This document shows, one piece after another, positions 24,651 to 38,965 of a stretch of 64,000 bases of DNA. The stretch covers positions 53,353,740-53,417,739 of the forward strand of contig NC_068995.1 in the NCBI RefSeq assembly GCF_001194135.2. Direction: 5' to 3'. The stretch is from Octopus bimaculoides (taxonomy: Eukaryota). The first letter of the stretch is position 1. Every line of letters begins with the position of its first letter. The notes under the pieces were generated by a model. It was not told where the DNA came from. It ran no database searches and saw only the letters and a program-made list of their open reading frames with translations. The translations under genes and the position numbers were made by a program.

Positions 24651-26307
24651 AATCATTAATTAGGAGTAATTTTTGTAGACTAGGTGTGGACTCTATTGAG
24701 ATGTTTTGAAATATTCTGAAGCTGTTTGTTTGAAGTTCTATGAAGTCTGGCAATCTATTCTCCTCTCGGTAATCAATCTTTTCTGCCAGTTCACCTGAAA
24801 TTAAGCCGAATATTATCTTTAGATGTTCTAGTTGTTTGTAAGATATCAGCTCTATAATAGGTTAATCTCATAATTATAGAGAACGAGAAGAACTTTGTTG
24901 ATTTAATAGGTTAATGTTATTTACAGCTCAGATGTAATATCTCTATTCTCCAGGGTCCTTCTTCTTGTTACATTCTATAGACAAACTACAGATCTTCAGT
25001 GGATGTAAAGAAGAGATACACACACACACTTAAAGATATATTTGTGTGTGTGTGTTATTCATTATACAAAGAAAGAAATAGCACTCGATTTAAAGATTAT
25101 GTCTGTGTCTGTAGGCACACACGACACACCCCTAGAGTGCTGGATTAACCATTAAGCAAATTAAGCACGTACTTAGGACGTGGGGAGAGTGTCTTCTACT
25201 ATAGTCTCAGGCCAACCAAAGCCTTGTGAGTGGATTTGGTAGACGGAAAACTGAAAGAAGCCCGTCGTATATATATTTATAAATGTGTGTGTGTGGGGGG
25301 GGGGGAGTGTGTTTCACCACTTCCCGACAACCAGTGCTGGTGTGTTTGCGCCCTTATAACTTAGCGGTTCAGCAAAAGAGAACGATAGAATAATTACTAG
25401 GCTTAAAAAATGAATAACTCCTGCAGTCGATTTGTTCGACTAAAACCCTTCGAGGCGGTGCTCCAGCATGGCCGCAGTCAAATGACTGAAACAAATGAAA
25501 GAAAGAACATACGAACACACACACAGAATTAATAAACTATTTACACATATGCTCCCGCCCCCGCTCAAATAAAACCCTTTGTAAAAATTGGCGATGTGTG
25601 TTTAAGACTTTTGTTAGTATTGGAGCAATGGTGTAGGCCTTATCTCCTGATTCAGAAAAAAAAAAAAAATAATAACAATAATCTGCAATGATTTATGAGC
25701 GGGAGCCGAATAGCTATTGATAACAAGGAATGCGTCTCCGTCAGCCAGTCACAAGACAATGACAACTTATTTAATTCCCTGCAACACCCATCTACTTTAC
25801 AAACAGTTTCTTCCTCACACAACAAGTGTCCTGCATAATAAATTACTTTCAAGCCGCGCGCGCGTGTGTATGTATGTGTGTCATTAAACACAATAGCAAA
25901 AACGAATGCTCGTATTCTTAGCAATTGTTATTGCTGTACTACATCACATCAGCCTCGTTTCTTCGTTGTAGTCTACAGCGTGATTCAGAAGCCCTTCTTG
26001 GCATTTAAATGATATATACAATTTATATTTTGTTACAGTTTTGTTTTGGTAGATTATTATGACAGTCTTTATAATGTTGCTGTACCTAAATCCACACACG
26101 TGACTTCGGATTCTGTCCCACTGTGTGACCCCCATTAGCAGTCCTTTGTTACAACCCGGGGATGATCAAAACCCCGTGATAGGTTGACGGAAACTGGAAG
26201 ATGTCTCTTATAAACCATAAAATCAGGAGGCAGCAGAGTGAATATATTTGGCGGAGGTAACCTCCGCCTATCTCTCTCTCTCTCTGTATACACACACACA
26301 CACACAC

Positions 26308-26361
<54 letters not shown>

Positions 26362-26764
26362 ATGTACCTTGTAGCTACAGGCAAATACCAAAATGTATTC
26401 TAATCGAAATAAGCGAAAAGGAGATTAGAAACACGAGGGTCCCATTAAGTACCCCTGACTATTTTCTTTCTCCACCCCTCATCGCCATTGTTACAACCCA
26501 CTTCAGCCCCTCACTAACTGCTATGCTCAGTCTTTTCCTCTCCAGTACATCGACCCTTGGGCAGTAGTGCAGCTAGGGAGTGGAGGTGGGGTGGAGGCGA
26601 TTGGTGGGTAGTGTTGGAGTCCGCCCTGGGTGCCGTTTTGATGGAGCCAGAACTTTTAGGCCTGCTTTATAAGCCTGCTTCAGGGGTTGGGGCAGAGTGG
26701 AGCACAGGTTAACATTTCCCCCCCTCCTTCTCTATATGCCGAGTCTGGGTGAAGAGGCAATGAC

Positions 26765-27180
26765 TCCATCTTTGACCTTTGAAAAGCCGTTTGTGGTCGG
26801 TGAGCTTGATATCGTTAAATGTTCTATTTAAATTGTTGTAGGACAACACTTGCAGGAAAGCCATGAGCAGAGAAAAGATGCCAGAGGGCCGATGTTCTGG
26901 AAGGTAAGACTGGGCATATTGATTAGTACAGGGCTAGATGGGGGTAGATGTAACTAGGGTGATGAGAGGTGGAGATGGAGAGGCGAGTGGTGGAGGTACT
27001 TTCTGGCCCCATAGAAAAGAGCCAGTCTTTGGGATACGGTTCTAGTTATGCTCAGTGTATGCTTTTGCCATGAGAGATCGTCGCTGATAGCGAGGCCCAA
27101 CATTTAGAGCATCTGTGAGGGCTCTTGTTGAGTCCTGCTGATGTTTAGTGTAGGAAACAAATTTGGCGCTCATGGTCGAG
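26765..27180 (-). mobile_element. Degenerate non-LTR retrotransposon RT C-terminal fragment (CR1/L2/Jockey-like)
   Basis: Minus strand 27103-26995 reads MLGLAISDDLSWQKHTLSITRTVSQRLALFYGARKY, matching the LGv.i..dLsW..H motif. Confidence 0.7.
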
Positions 27181-30100
27181 AAGAAAACAACTTTGTGCTA
27201 TTGTTAATCATTCTTCATTCGAACAAAGAAAATAGATTCGACCACCCGTGAAAGGACAAAATATCATCTATACTGTTTCATCTAATGGAAAAAAAAATCT
27301 TGTAGAAAATAGAGGAATAATTAAAATAGAGCTCCAAGTTCTATGCTAATGGTTTAGGAAAATCTTTCGGAGAAACATAAATGGTGAGATATTCTCCACA
27401 GAATTCTTCATTGCGTAAATTTTTAGCAACTCAAAAAATCTTGCATTGCATGTTCAAAAGGAATCACATAGCCATAAAGGAGAAAGCAACTGCTGAGAAA
27501 TTCTTTTAGATGCGGTGTTATTAAAATTATCAGGAAACTTTGATCCGCTAATAATAATAATAATAATAATAAAAATACTAAAACCAACACAATCGCTGCA
27601 ATGTGGCATAGAACTGAAGAAAAATATCCATATTTATGTCAGTTAGTGTAGAATTATTGTATTAAGTTGAAGGCTTCAACTGTTCACCAGATATTACTAC
27701 TTAATATTCATAAGGTCAAATATTTTGACCCCTGTGTTTGATTCAACTGCAAATAAAGCACATCAATAGAAATAGCATAAACAGTTGTTATGTTGATATT
27801 GATTTTAAGAAAACAATTTTATAAAAGAGTCTTTTCTTGGATTTATCCAATGAAAACGAAAGGATGCTGAAAATATAGTGAAAGATTGGAACAACTGGCG
27901 ACGGCGGCGAAATGGCAGAATCGTTAGAGCGTAAAGCAAAATGTTTTGCTTTACTTATAACCACACTTGAAGTTCAAATTACACTGGGGTCAACTTTGAT
28001 TTTCATCTTTTCAGGGTCGATAAAATAAAGTACAAATTAACGACAATGTGGTGGTGGAACTGTTAGAATGTCAGACGAGATGCCTTGTGGTATTTGCTTT
28101 GACTCTTTGAGGAGTTTTGAACTCATGTAGGAACCGACTTAAATCGGCGCTCGTTTTAGCACCACCACTTGGTTCTGTATGCTTTTAGAGGAGTACATGC
28201 TGTGGCCAGCTTTGGGGTTAGATTTTCGGTTCGAGCATAACTTCGTCCTTTCCTTCTAACAGTCATAAAAGAAAGAAAAGTAGAAAAAAAAATTCCGAGT
28301 CATGAGCGTTGCACCTCCATTCCTGACTAAACTGTAACCCCCACCTCCCAAACTTAAAAGACGAAACCCTTTAGAAGCGGTCGATCTAATTTTTATGCCA
28401 ATGACGAAGTGTTGCCTGGTTATTAAAGTGGTGTTCAATAGAAAATTAAAACAAAAAAAAAAGGAAAAACAAAACAAAGGTATTTTTACAAGTATCGATA
28501 ATTATTCTTTCAATTTCGTTGGAATTTGTGTTGCTAACCACAATGTATCGATAATAACTTATTTCGGTGTAGTTCATAGTGGCATAGCTAAACTGTGTGC
28601 TACCCCAGGAGCTTGTCACTCCATCAGGTCCCCAGCCCTGCACAAGCAGACCCAAATATACTGCTTTCATAAAAGCGTCACTCGAACCAAAGTGTCGCCC
28701 GGAGCGGACCCTCTCCTGTCTCCACCATCAACCATATTACCGGCAATTCAATTGCTTTATTCATCTCGTTTTTTTTTTCGGTCTAACTTTTCATTAACAA
28801 ATGCCGAATTTTTTTATCAGGACGTTACTAACATTTTGGAAGAAGTTTTTTTTTTCTAGTGTGTGCAAACGCTTTCGATTAATCTTTTCAAGCACACATG
28901 TTTCTTTCAGTTTCCGTCTACCAAATCTACTCACAAGGCTTTAGTTGACGGAAACCGTAGTAGAAGACTATACCACGCAGTGGGACTAAACCCAAAATCT
29001 TGTTTTGGGGCAGTAAACTTCTTACCCACACAGCCACTCCCGAATATCTTGATATCACAGCGAAATTTTGAGCAAAGCATGCATGGTTGACGATTAAAAT
29101 CAAACCAACGATACAAAAGCTAATACAAGGCAGGCGCTGAATTTAATCACGACTTTTAATCTCTGTGTTGCTGGGATGTTAAAATATAATTCCTATTTGA
29201 TGGACTGGGTTGAAAAAATGATTACATGATACTACCAAGAACTTGTATTTAAAACCCTTTAAAGACTTTTTTTAAGCAGCCGGAAATGATTGATCCATGA
29301 TTCTTTTGAAGCTGGGTTGAAAGTATTCGATCAATGGGATGTTCAAACGGAAAGACACCGGAGGAAGAAGGTACAAAGAATGAATGAAAGTGCTAAGGGA
29401 TGGGGGACGGAAGGGCAGGTGCTCCCCCCATCAAGGAGAGAAGTGCGCCCTTCAAAATCATGTTATTACGCTCTTTTCTCCTGGGATCGTATTCCCTTCT
29501 GACTTTGTGCCCTCCCTTTGAAAAAATTCCTGGGACCGGCCCTGCTACGAATGGAGAAATAATGGAAGAAACTGTTTCGTTTGCAAGATTCGAATGTGAA
29601 ACTTGTTCAGCTACCAGCTCAGGCTCTGATGCTCGCCAAGCCCTAGCGTTGCTAGAGTGTATGCCGCCCGGGTGGCCTTTTCATTTGCCACCCCCGAACC
29701 CCACAAAAAACGCATATTGCTTACAACAAACCCAAAAGTGCCGCCCGNNNNNNNNNNNNNNNNNNNNNNNNNNNNNNNNNNNNNNNNNNNNNNNNNNNNN
29801 NNNNNNNNNNNNNNNNNNNNNNNNNNNNNNNNNNNNNNNNNNNNNNNNNNNNNNNNNNNNNNNNNNNNNNNNNNNNNNNNNNNNNNNNNNNNNNNNNNNN
29901 NNNNNNNNNNNNNNNNNNNNNNNNNNNNNNNNNNNNNNNNNNNNNNNNNNNNNNNNNNNNNNNNNNNNNNNNNNNNNNNNNNNNNNNNNNNNNNNNNNNN
30001 NNNNNNNNNNNNNNNNNNNNNNNNNNNNNNNNNNNNNNNNNNNNNNNNNNNNNNNNNNNNNNNNNNNNNNNNNNNNNNNNNNNNNNNNNNNNNNNNNNNN

Positions 30101-31379
30101 NNNNNNNNNNNNNNNNNNNNNNNNNNNNNNNNNNNNNNNNNNNNNNNNNNNNNNNNNNNNNNNNNNNNNNNNNNNNNNNNNNNNNNNNNNNNNNNNNNNN
30201 NNNNNNNNNNNNNNNNNNNNNNNNNNNNNNNNNNNNNNNNNNNNNNNNNNNNNNNNNNNNNNNNNNNNNNNNNNNNNNNNNNNCACATATATATATATAT
30301 ATATATATATAAATCAGAGATGGTATCAGACGCGTCAAAATGAAATTAACATACATACACACATCTTATATAACTTTTCATTCGTTGGAAGAAGGATGAA
30401 AAGCCAAACTGACGCCTCATCACCCATTGGATTTGAACTTAGATCTTGAGGACCTTGTAACTAAAGACTACGGCATTTCGTCCGATCACTTAACGTTTTC
30501 GTCGTAGAAATATATACCGATCCAGTTCTTAAGACTGCAAAGTTGAAAGGCAAAGTCGATCTGGACGGGATTTGAACTCAGAACGTAAGAAGGTACAAGT
30601 AAATACCGCAAGGTATTTTAGTTTGAAACTAACGAACCTGTTAATTCATCGCCCTGAAGGACTTGCGTGCATTTTTTTCTGTCGAACACTGCTGTTGTTT
30701 TTGCAAAGCTTTCCCGCGATGTTCTAAGCTAGCACGTTATCACATGATCAAGTGACGTCACAGCTAGTTGATCTTGGGACAACGACGACGACGCAAACGT
30801 CGGGAGGGGCATTCCGATTCATTGCTTTGCGCTATTATTGTACTGTTGTTTGGCTCCAGGGTTAAACCCGATGCGTGCAGGCGGCCTTCTAAATCTGTTA
30901 TGTAGAACTTCGTTATCTAATGTGTGTTTTAACTAAGGCTGGAGTATGTGGCTTGGAGGCTGCTATTTCTAGCGTAGAAGTTTCTGCGTTGGCATGTGAA
31001 CTGTAGTGTAGAATCTTTGCGCTTGAACCTCACGTATGTAACACTGTGAATGAAAAGAAAAAAACTGCAAAAAAAAAAACAAAAACTTCGACTAACTAAA
31101 ATTATCCAAGAAATTGGTTGACAAAATTTTCCTCTGGTGGGGATGTTTAAAATCTAAACAACGAAGAAGGGAGATAAATCCAACAAGATCAGCGGATCGA
31201 AATATTCAACACTACATAATGCAGATTGTTCAGGTCCTCGGTTCGTCTCTCGTTTTCTTATCTCTCGTTGCTTATCCATTCATGCTGCAGTTGCTGACTT
31301 TCCGGTGCTGATGCAACGCCAACATATTTTCTGCTGCAGTGTATAGCTTTGCTGTTTGCACCGAGAATGCAAGTGCATC

Positions 31380-32190
31380 ACTAGTCGTCACGAGATGATT
31401 TGGCGCTCCAATTTAACTCAAGTCAATTTATTTTCTTTACTCAATAAATAATAATATAGTAATAATGAAAGCGACCTCAATATCAACAGCATACCACTAC
31501 TGACACGACCTCATTCATAGAATATATCAACTGCAACAGAATAGCAGCAATAGTAACACGAGAAAATAAATAGCTGAACTCCGAGACCGGTATGAGAGTA
31601 CAAGCAGACGGAGAAGACGTGAAAGAAGAACCGTAACAACAACAATACACCATCGTTATCACCACCAAACAGCATTATTAGTACGCACGAAAACAATAAC
31701 TTGTCAGTCCCAGCCTGAATTGTAAAGTTTCATGTATATGTGACGAAGCGTGTAAATATGTGATAGAAACGAAAGTCTGACTAAACACAACAGTGAAAGA
31801 AGAAGACTGGCGACAACTGCAACGGGAACAAACGATATAAAAATCAATATCAATATCGGCAACTGATATAAATAAATATAAATATCATCTGCACAGAATA
31901 TAGAACAACGGAACAGTATTCTACGTAACAACGGAACATCTTTCTACGGAACAGTGGAACATACCCCGGGAAAGGGAACAAGCTAAAAGTATTGCAATGG
32001 CTTGAGAAATATCTGTATATTCCTTTTAATATTATTATCTTTTACGTCTCCCTTTTATCGATATCCTCCACTTAGATTCCCCGTTTTTCATATTTTGGAA
32101 TTAAACAACACAGCAACATCGATAGGACCTTAGGATAAACACAAGTCATGTTTGTATTACCAAGTCGCCGTTTGATTCTTAATTAAAATG
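31380..32190 (+). promoter_or_regulatory. Candidate first (5' UTR) exon in a CpG-retaining region, possibly of the LRRK gene
   Basis: About 28-35 kb visibly retains more CpG and has fewer SINEs; TGACGTCA at 30753-30760; consensus donor ATG|gtaagt at 32190/32191. The 5' boundary and the gene assignment are guesses. Confidence 0.3.
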
Positions 32191-34122
32191 GTAAGTAATG
32201 TTATCAGATGATTTCTTTTGACGTGACCAACTTTTTGTAGAGTATAATTAATTTTTTTCGGGGAAAAAAACCCCTTAATTGTTTTTAAAATTTAACCTCA
32301 TCCAAACCAAGGAGTACGCGCAAATTTGTATTTCTGAATGATTGATTGAAATATTTTCCTTTTTTTTATTTATTTGTAGCTAGTAATTAAGTGGACTTCA
32401 TATCGATAGATGAAATATTAAGTTTGCTTTAATTAAGGTCTAAATTCGCAATTACAAACCATAACAATTAATAGTAACTACTCTAACCACTCGTTGTAGA
32501 ACGATGGTTTACACTGCAAGCACGGGTTGGTTTCATTAAACACTTAAGTAACATGAATTAATTTCTTTGGACTTGAATGTGTTATAAAGAATGATGTCGC
32601 AATTATAATGTACTCCTTAATTATTCTATCGATTCTTGAAATACTAAAAGGCAGAGAGTAGACTTGAGTTGAAATCGAACCGGGAAATATAGAGGGACAT
32701 ATCTTTTTTTTTTCTTTCTTATTGTTTCCGTATAGAGATGGCGAATATAGACGATCGAATTTTATCAAAGTATCTTACTGTATTTGGGGGTTTATAAATG
32801 ATTGTTTTGCCATCAAATGAAAGAAACAAATACACACATATTCACATATCTTGTCTATATATTCAGATATTTCAGGAACCACACCTGTTTAAATATTATT
32901 GAATTATTAAATAACAATAATTACAAACCTTACACATTTTCAATATTAAAATCTTTATTTCGTTGTGAAAATAATTTTTTTTTTACAACCATTACCCTAC
33001 GTGATTGCTTTCTATTTTCTTAATAAATTCGGAGTGCGCGTGTGTGCATTTGAATATATATATATATATATACACACACACATGGGTCTCAAAATGCGTA
33101 GATAACTATGAACAAATTGAAATTTTCACCTACACTCTGACGCACTGCGTTTATTAATTATTATTTATTTTCTAATGAACATGCACACATATCTCTGTCT
33201 CTCACCCCCTTATCTCTGTTTCTCTCTCTCTCTCTCTCATCTCGCTCTGTGTGTGTGTGTGTATGTGATTGTACGTATGGTAGGTGGATGTGTGCATGGA
33301 AAACGTAAGATGTACATTGTGTTCTGTTTTTCATCTCGGTAAAAGCGACGTATTGATTCTAAAATGCTCCGGTTCGTCTGTCGAATGTTGATAACTAGAT
33401 GCTTGCTGTATCATTTACTATTTATTCCATCCACAGAGAATGCGACGACCTGATGTTTCTATAGCTATTGCGAGATTGATGCTGTTTCACCATGTTTTTC
33501 TTCTCATTGATCATTGTGCATTTTATTATTTATTCTCCACCGCCCACTTTCGATTTTCAAATCATTCCATCATTTGCATAAGACGAATGCACTTCGACTT
33601 CGATCTGTGTGCATATACCTCTACTTACATAACACACATGTATGTATGTGTGAGTGTGTATATGTGTGTATAGGTGTGCAATGCACACTGCTGTCACCTT
33701 TACTCCCGTTTAAGCAATCACGATCAACGCTAACTCCATCACCACCACCATTAATAAACATATCCAGCAACTATAATCACTACCACTTCTTTATAATCTG
33801 TGCCACAATCAGCACAAACAACGACTACAGCTAGCATTACTACCACCACTGCTAGAAGTGTCACAATCCAGACGGTTTACAATCTCCACCACCACTATTA
33901 CTACTACTATTGATAATAATAATAATCATATCTGCACCGCCGGCGCTGCTGCTGCTACCACCAACATGTCAATAATTTTCCTTTCACATTCGGCGCTCGT
34001 GTATATTTTAGTGTGTGCGTGTATGTACGCACATACAATAGCGTCGGCAAAAGTTAAACCAAGTGTCGCATTATTTTTGTTATATATATATATATATCAG
34101 CAATCTTCCGGTATTAGTAGAC

Positions 34123-34156
<34 letters not shown>

Positions 34157-34434
34157 GTAAGCAATCTTCTTGTATTAGTAGATTGTGTGTGTATATGTGG
34201 TATATATATAATTATTATTTTCTTGTCTACGTTTTGTTTGCAATGTCCTGTACCCAGATATGCACCTATATATATACAGGTAGACATATGTATGCACATA
34301 CCTGTACGTATATATGCATATACTCATTTATTATTTGTTTTACATGATCGAACGCCTGCGTCATCCCTGTTGTAAGTAGTTTTTTCAACTTTATATTTTC
34401 TGACGCGACTCTATCTATTTCTCTATCACTTTTT

Positions 34435-34575
34435 CCCCCTTCTCGTTCTTTCCCTGCTACTACTACGTATCTCTCTTTACCCCTCTCGTTCTTCGTTCTG
34501 TTACTACTATATCTCTCTCTTTCCCCTCTCGTTCTTCCTTCTGTCACTACTATATTCCTCTCGTTGCTCACCTAT
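34435..34575. repeat. Imperfect pyrimidine-rich tandem repeat, about 43-nt unit x3-4
   Basis: Recurring ctcgttctt...tactacta...tctctct. Confidence 0.7.
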
Positions 34576-35062
34576 TCTTCTACTTCCTCCCCTTGTTTCT
34601 CCCTCTTCCTTACCCCCCCCCCCCTGGTCACATGCTTCCGGTCACTAATCCTTTTCTTCCTTGGCTATCGCCGAGCAAACACGCGAACTTACTTTGTCCC
34701 GACTTTCAGTTCGTGCCTCACAGCGTTCATATACACATAATTTTTCACGTCTGGCCGCATAGCCTTTTTTCTTTTCGTTTGTTTTCCTGTCTTGTTTTTT
34801 GTCCGCCACTACATTCCTCCATGGCACAGGTTTAATTTGTGTATACAAATTTAATTTGCGGTCCATGGGAAGAGCCGTTTTAACGATNNNNNNNNNNNNN
34901 NNNNNNNNNNNNNNNNNNNNNNNNNNNNNNNNNNNNNNNNNNNNNNNNNNNNNNNNNNNNNNNNNNNNNNNNNNNNNNNNNNNNNNNNNNNNNNNNNNNN
35001 NNNNNNNNNNNNNNNNNNNNNNNNNNNNNNNNNNNNNNNNNNNNNNNNNNNNNNNNNNNNNN

Positions 35063-35102
<40 letters not shown>

Positions 35103-35597
35103 GTGTGTACATAGGATATGAAGCGGAGGTGTCAATACGCGCACAAAAAAAAAAATCCCGAAAAGGGATGGGGTGCGTATTGTACATCTCTGCCGAATAT
35201 TATGCATTATAGTATATATATTATTATATAGATATATAGTGTATGTGTGTGAGCGTGCACAGAAATCTGAGGAACGAGTTCTCAATGCATAGCATAGAGT
35301 AAATAACACCAATTAAAATATTGAGATTTTACGCAATATTTACTTCGGATTTTGCGTTATTGCTTTTCGCCACATTGAAGACTGAATGAAGTGTTTTTAA
35401 ACATAACTTTTTTTTTGTCTTGGAATTGCTCTTGAGTATTGTCACCCATCATTACCAGATTTAGGAAGCCAGTAAAGACCCAAAATTTGGAAAAGGTTAA
35501 GAGGGTGAATTTATGTGAATGTTAAGCAAGTCTCTGCCAACGACTCTGAACATTTTTAATAAGAAGTTTAACTTTATATAACATCTCTGGCATATAC

Positions 35598-35811
35598 TAC
35601 CGGGTGTCCACAAGGTCTGGGTACACGGAGTAAATAAAATCATAATATAAACAATTAAATATAAGAAATAATAATTTCTTAAAGTATGTGTTAATCCCCA
35701 TGTGGGTACATGGAGTAAATAAAATAATAACAAACAATTAAATATAAGAAATAATAATTTCTTAAAGTATGTGTTAATCCCCATGCACCCAGACTTTGTG
35801 GACACCATGTA
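35598..35811. mobile_element. Tc1/mariner-type MITE with internal tandem duplication
   Basis: TIRs ggtgtccacaaggtctgggt/acccagactttgtggacacc, TA-bounded; the internal block of about 88 nt occurs twice. Confidence 0.8.
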
Positions 35812-37177
35812 TACTTTGAACAAAACATTGTCGAATCTTCCCGCCTTTCTTGTTTGCTCATCTAACCAGATCAGACAGTTGCCTCATCAAAAGAACCCTT
35901 TGCAATGAAACGATTATTATTGCTTCTGGTTGGTGTACTTTGGTTGAAGGCTGGTACCTAATCTGTTGTTGATGGCTCACTACTTAAAGATGCTAAACTT
36001 CATTGAATTCTAGCTTTGTTCAGTTATACATTAAATGGGTGACTCCTTTCATGGAACTTATACAGCTCCTAATTAATCCTATTTTTTGCAAATGATAAAT
36101 TGTTACTGCTTATCCCCGTCTTCATATTTGATTTCTTACGTTAAATTCTATAAGAAACGGGATCCAAAAGCAGCATCCAGATTCCACTGCTCAATAATAA
36201 AACATATAATAATAAAACATAATATATTTGAGAATGATAGATGCTTACTGTAATTTTCCTTTGATGTGACAGAAACCATAAGTGCTTTTCAAAGTGTGAT
36301 CAATGGAACGATCACTGACAGGAGTTCATGCTTATCCCAATAATGTTATTTTAGTTGGAAAAACTGTTGATGAATAACGATGGCGATTTGGCTCAATTTA
36401 CTTCATTAATTAAGAGTTTTGACATTACAGTGAACAATGGCGAATAGCTTCTCTGCCAAACATCCATTTGTTTCCTAGGATACAAAATAGAAAATAATTT
36501 GCTGAAAATAATTCTTTGCAATTAAACTTGGAATAATAAAAACCTCTTGTTGATTACCCAGCATACCTAATAATGCTGATCAACGACAGTTGCAAGGTTT
36601 CTTTAGTTACTACTTCAAAAAGTGTCTCATTTCTTGAAATTAATTCGACATCTAATAAATCCTTTTGTTCCATTGCAAAGAAGATACCCAAGAGGTATTC
36701 ATCTGCTTAAAACTTTGATAGTTAATACCTCTCTTTTAACTATTTTACATAAAAATTCCACTACATGTTGAAACGAATGTCTCTGGGTCTATATAAAACT
36801 GATGCTTTCTTCAACCAAACTTTCTTCATGTTCTCAACAAAATCTTTCCTAAACTGAAAAGGAAGATGTCTCTCTCTAAGAAAGTCTTCGGAAGTGAACT
36901 TGTTTACTTAGAAGCTATTTCATATCACACATCGTTATTTCAACGTTCGTTTTTCCATGTTTGCACGGACCAGGTGAAATTTGTTGAGGCAGGTTTTCTA
37001 CAACTGGATACTCTTCCTGTCACCTATCTTCACCTGTTTCCAAATAAGGTAATATTTTTCCATGGCCATGTTTTTCTTGGAACATTGGAAATGTTGGACC
37101 CTGCTGTATGATGGTGACTCTTGTTTTGCAAATATCATGTAATCTCAAGACAAGGAAGTCACCAAATTACATACACA

Positions 37178-37211
<34 letters not shown>

Positions 37212-37218
37212 GCCTGTC

Positions 37219-37258
<40 letters not shown>

Positions 37259-38679
37259 CCTGTCATGTATGTATATATATATATATATNNNNNNNNNNNN
37301 NNNNNNNNNNNNNNNNNNNNNNNNNNNNNNNNNNNNNNNNNNNNNNNNNNNNNNNNNNNNNNNNNNNNNNNNNNNNNNNNNNNNNNNNNNNNNNNNNNNN
37401 NNNNNNNNNNNNNNNNNNNNNNNNNNNNNNNNNNNNNNNNNNNNNNNNNNNNNNNNNNNNNNNNNNNNNNNNNNNNNNNNNNNNNNNNNNNNNNNNNNNN
37501 NNNNNNNNNNNNNNNNNNNNNNNNNNNNNNNNNNNNNNNNNNNNNNNNNNNNNNNNNNNNNNNNNNNNNNNNNNNNNNNNNNNNNNNNNNNNNNNNNNNN
37601 NNNNNNNNNNNNNNNNNNNNNNNNNNNNNNNNNNNNNNNNNNNNNNNNNNNNNNNNNNNNNNNNNNNNNNNNNNNNNNNNNNNNNNNNNNNNNNNNNNNN
37701 NNNNNNNNNNNNNNNNNNNNNNNNNNNNNNNNNNNNNNNNNNNNNNNNNNNNNNNNNNNNNNNNNNNNNNNNNNNNNNNNNNNNNNNNNNNNNNNNNNNN
37801 NNNNNNNNNNNNNNNNNNNNNNNNNNNNNNNNNNNNNNNNNNNNNNNNNNNNNNNNNNACGCATTATATGTGCTTGATAATGTTATTACACAAGTGCTGC
37901 TTCTGTTTCATATTTGAGTGTGTGTTTGTGTGCATATATACATACATATATATATATATATGCAAATACACACACACATATACCTAAATGTACACACACG
38001 TATATGGGCGTGTGTATGTATATAAAGAATATATGGGGTTTAGTTCACTGATCTAAACGAATAGGTATGCTATACAAGTGCTATAATTGTATAATTGTAT
38101 GCTATACAAGTGCTATAATCCGTTAGGTTCCAAGTTCACAGCTGAGGCTGGAGCTAGATATCTGTTGTAGGCTTCCGAGTCAGCAGGTATATAGCTGTGT
38201 GTATATGTATTATATATATATATATATGTATATATATATTATATACACACACACACACCAATGTATGTTCACTCCTCACCTGACTGATTTGGTTTTAGCA
38301 GAGAGAAAATTGTTTCTCCATTAGAATAAATATTCCATGTTATCATCTCCAGATGGATTTTGCTGGAACAAACGTTTTTATTATTGATTAACCTAGCTTG
38401 TTTTTATTGTCATTGGCGTTGTTTAGTCTCAGATCAGCCTTTTACCAAGCGTATCTAGGAATGACGCCATTCCAACCATTCGAGTATAGGGTTACTCTGA
38501 CTACATTGCCCTCAGTAAATGACTGGTATTTATTTTACTGACCTGGCTGGGATGAGAGCAGATGAGGATGATAATGATGTTTAACACCCCAAGTCACGCA
38601 TGATTGAGCAGATCAATGATCAAAAGCATTCATACTGACAAGTCCAAATTTTTCTTTTCAAGGATTGTATACCTTAGTC

Positions 38680-38965
38680 CAGTGGTTCCCAGACTTTTTC
38701 AGGCTGCCACCCCCTCAGCACCCGGGCCACATTCCTTCCCCCTCCTCCACTTATCACCCTTAAGCAGAGATTACTTTCTGCAGCAAATTCAACACAACTG
38801 TATTTCACGAATAAAACCTAACCTAATTAACTCATTGTCTGGGATTTTTTTACATGCATCACCCTCTTTTGGCCGTCCCATTATCACCCAACTTTTCTTC
38901 AATGCCCACCCTGGATCTTTCCACTGCCCCAAAGGGGTCAGTACTGCCCACTTTGGGAACCACTA
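38680..38965. mobile_element. hAT-type MITE
   Basis: Ends cagtggttccc/gggaaccacta; flanking 8-mers ccttagtc/ccctagac (6/8) fit a decayed 8-bp TSD. Confidence 0.8.

Noticed and set aside
24646-24796. Minus-strand open frame GELAEKIDYREENRLPDF...LLINDL after a plausible acceptor
   Set aside because: No phase-compatible upstream exon, the stop lies in a MITE end, and there is no recognisable motif.
19198-26137. Candidate terminal exons of gene 1 (acceptors near 19197, 21255, 24229, 26052)
   Set aside because: Each gives a short phase 1 peptide then a stop with no family signature; cannot be distinguished without RNA.
28190-28760. Possible snRNA or other ncRNA in the CpG-richer unique-looking sequence
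   Set aside because: No Sm site or recognisable snRNA motif; part resembles a decayed PIF/Harbinger-type MITE end (agtggcatagct).
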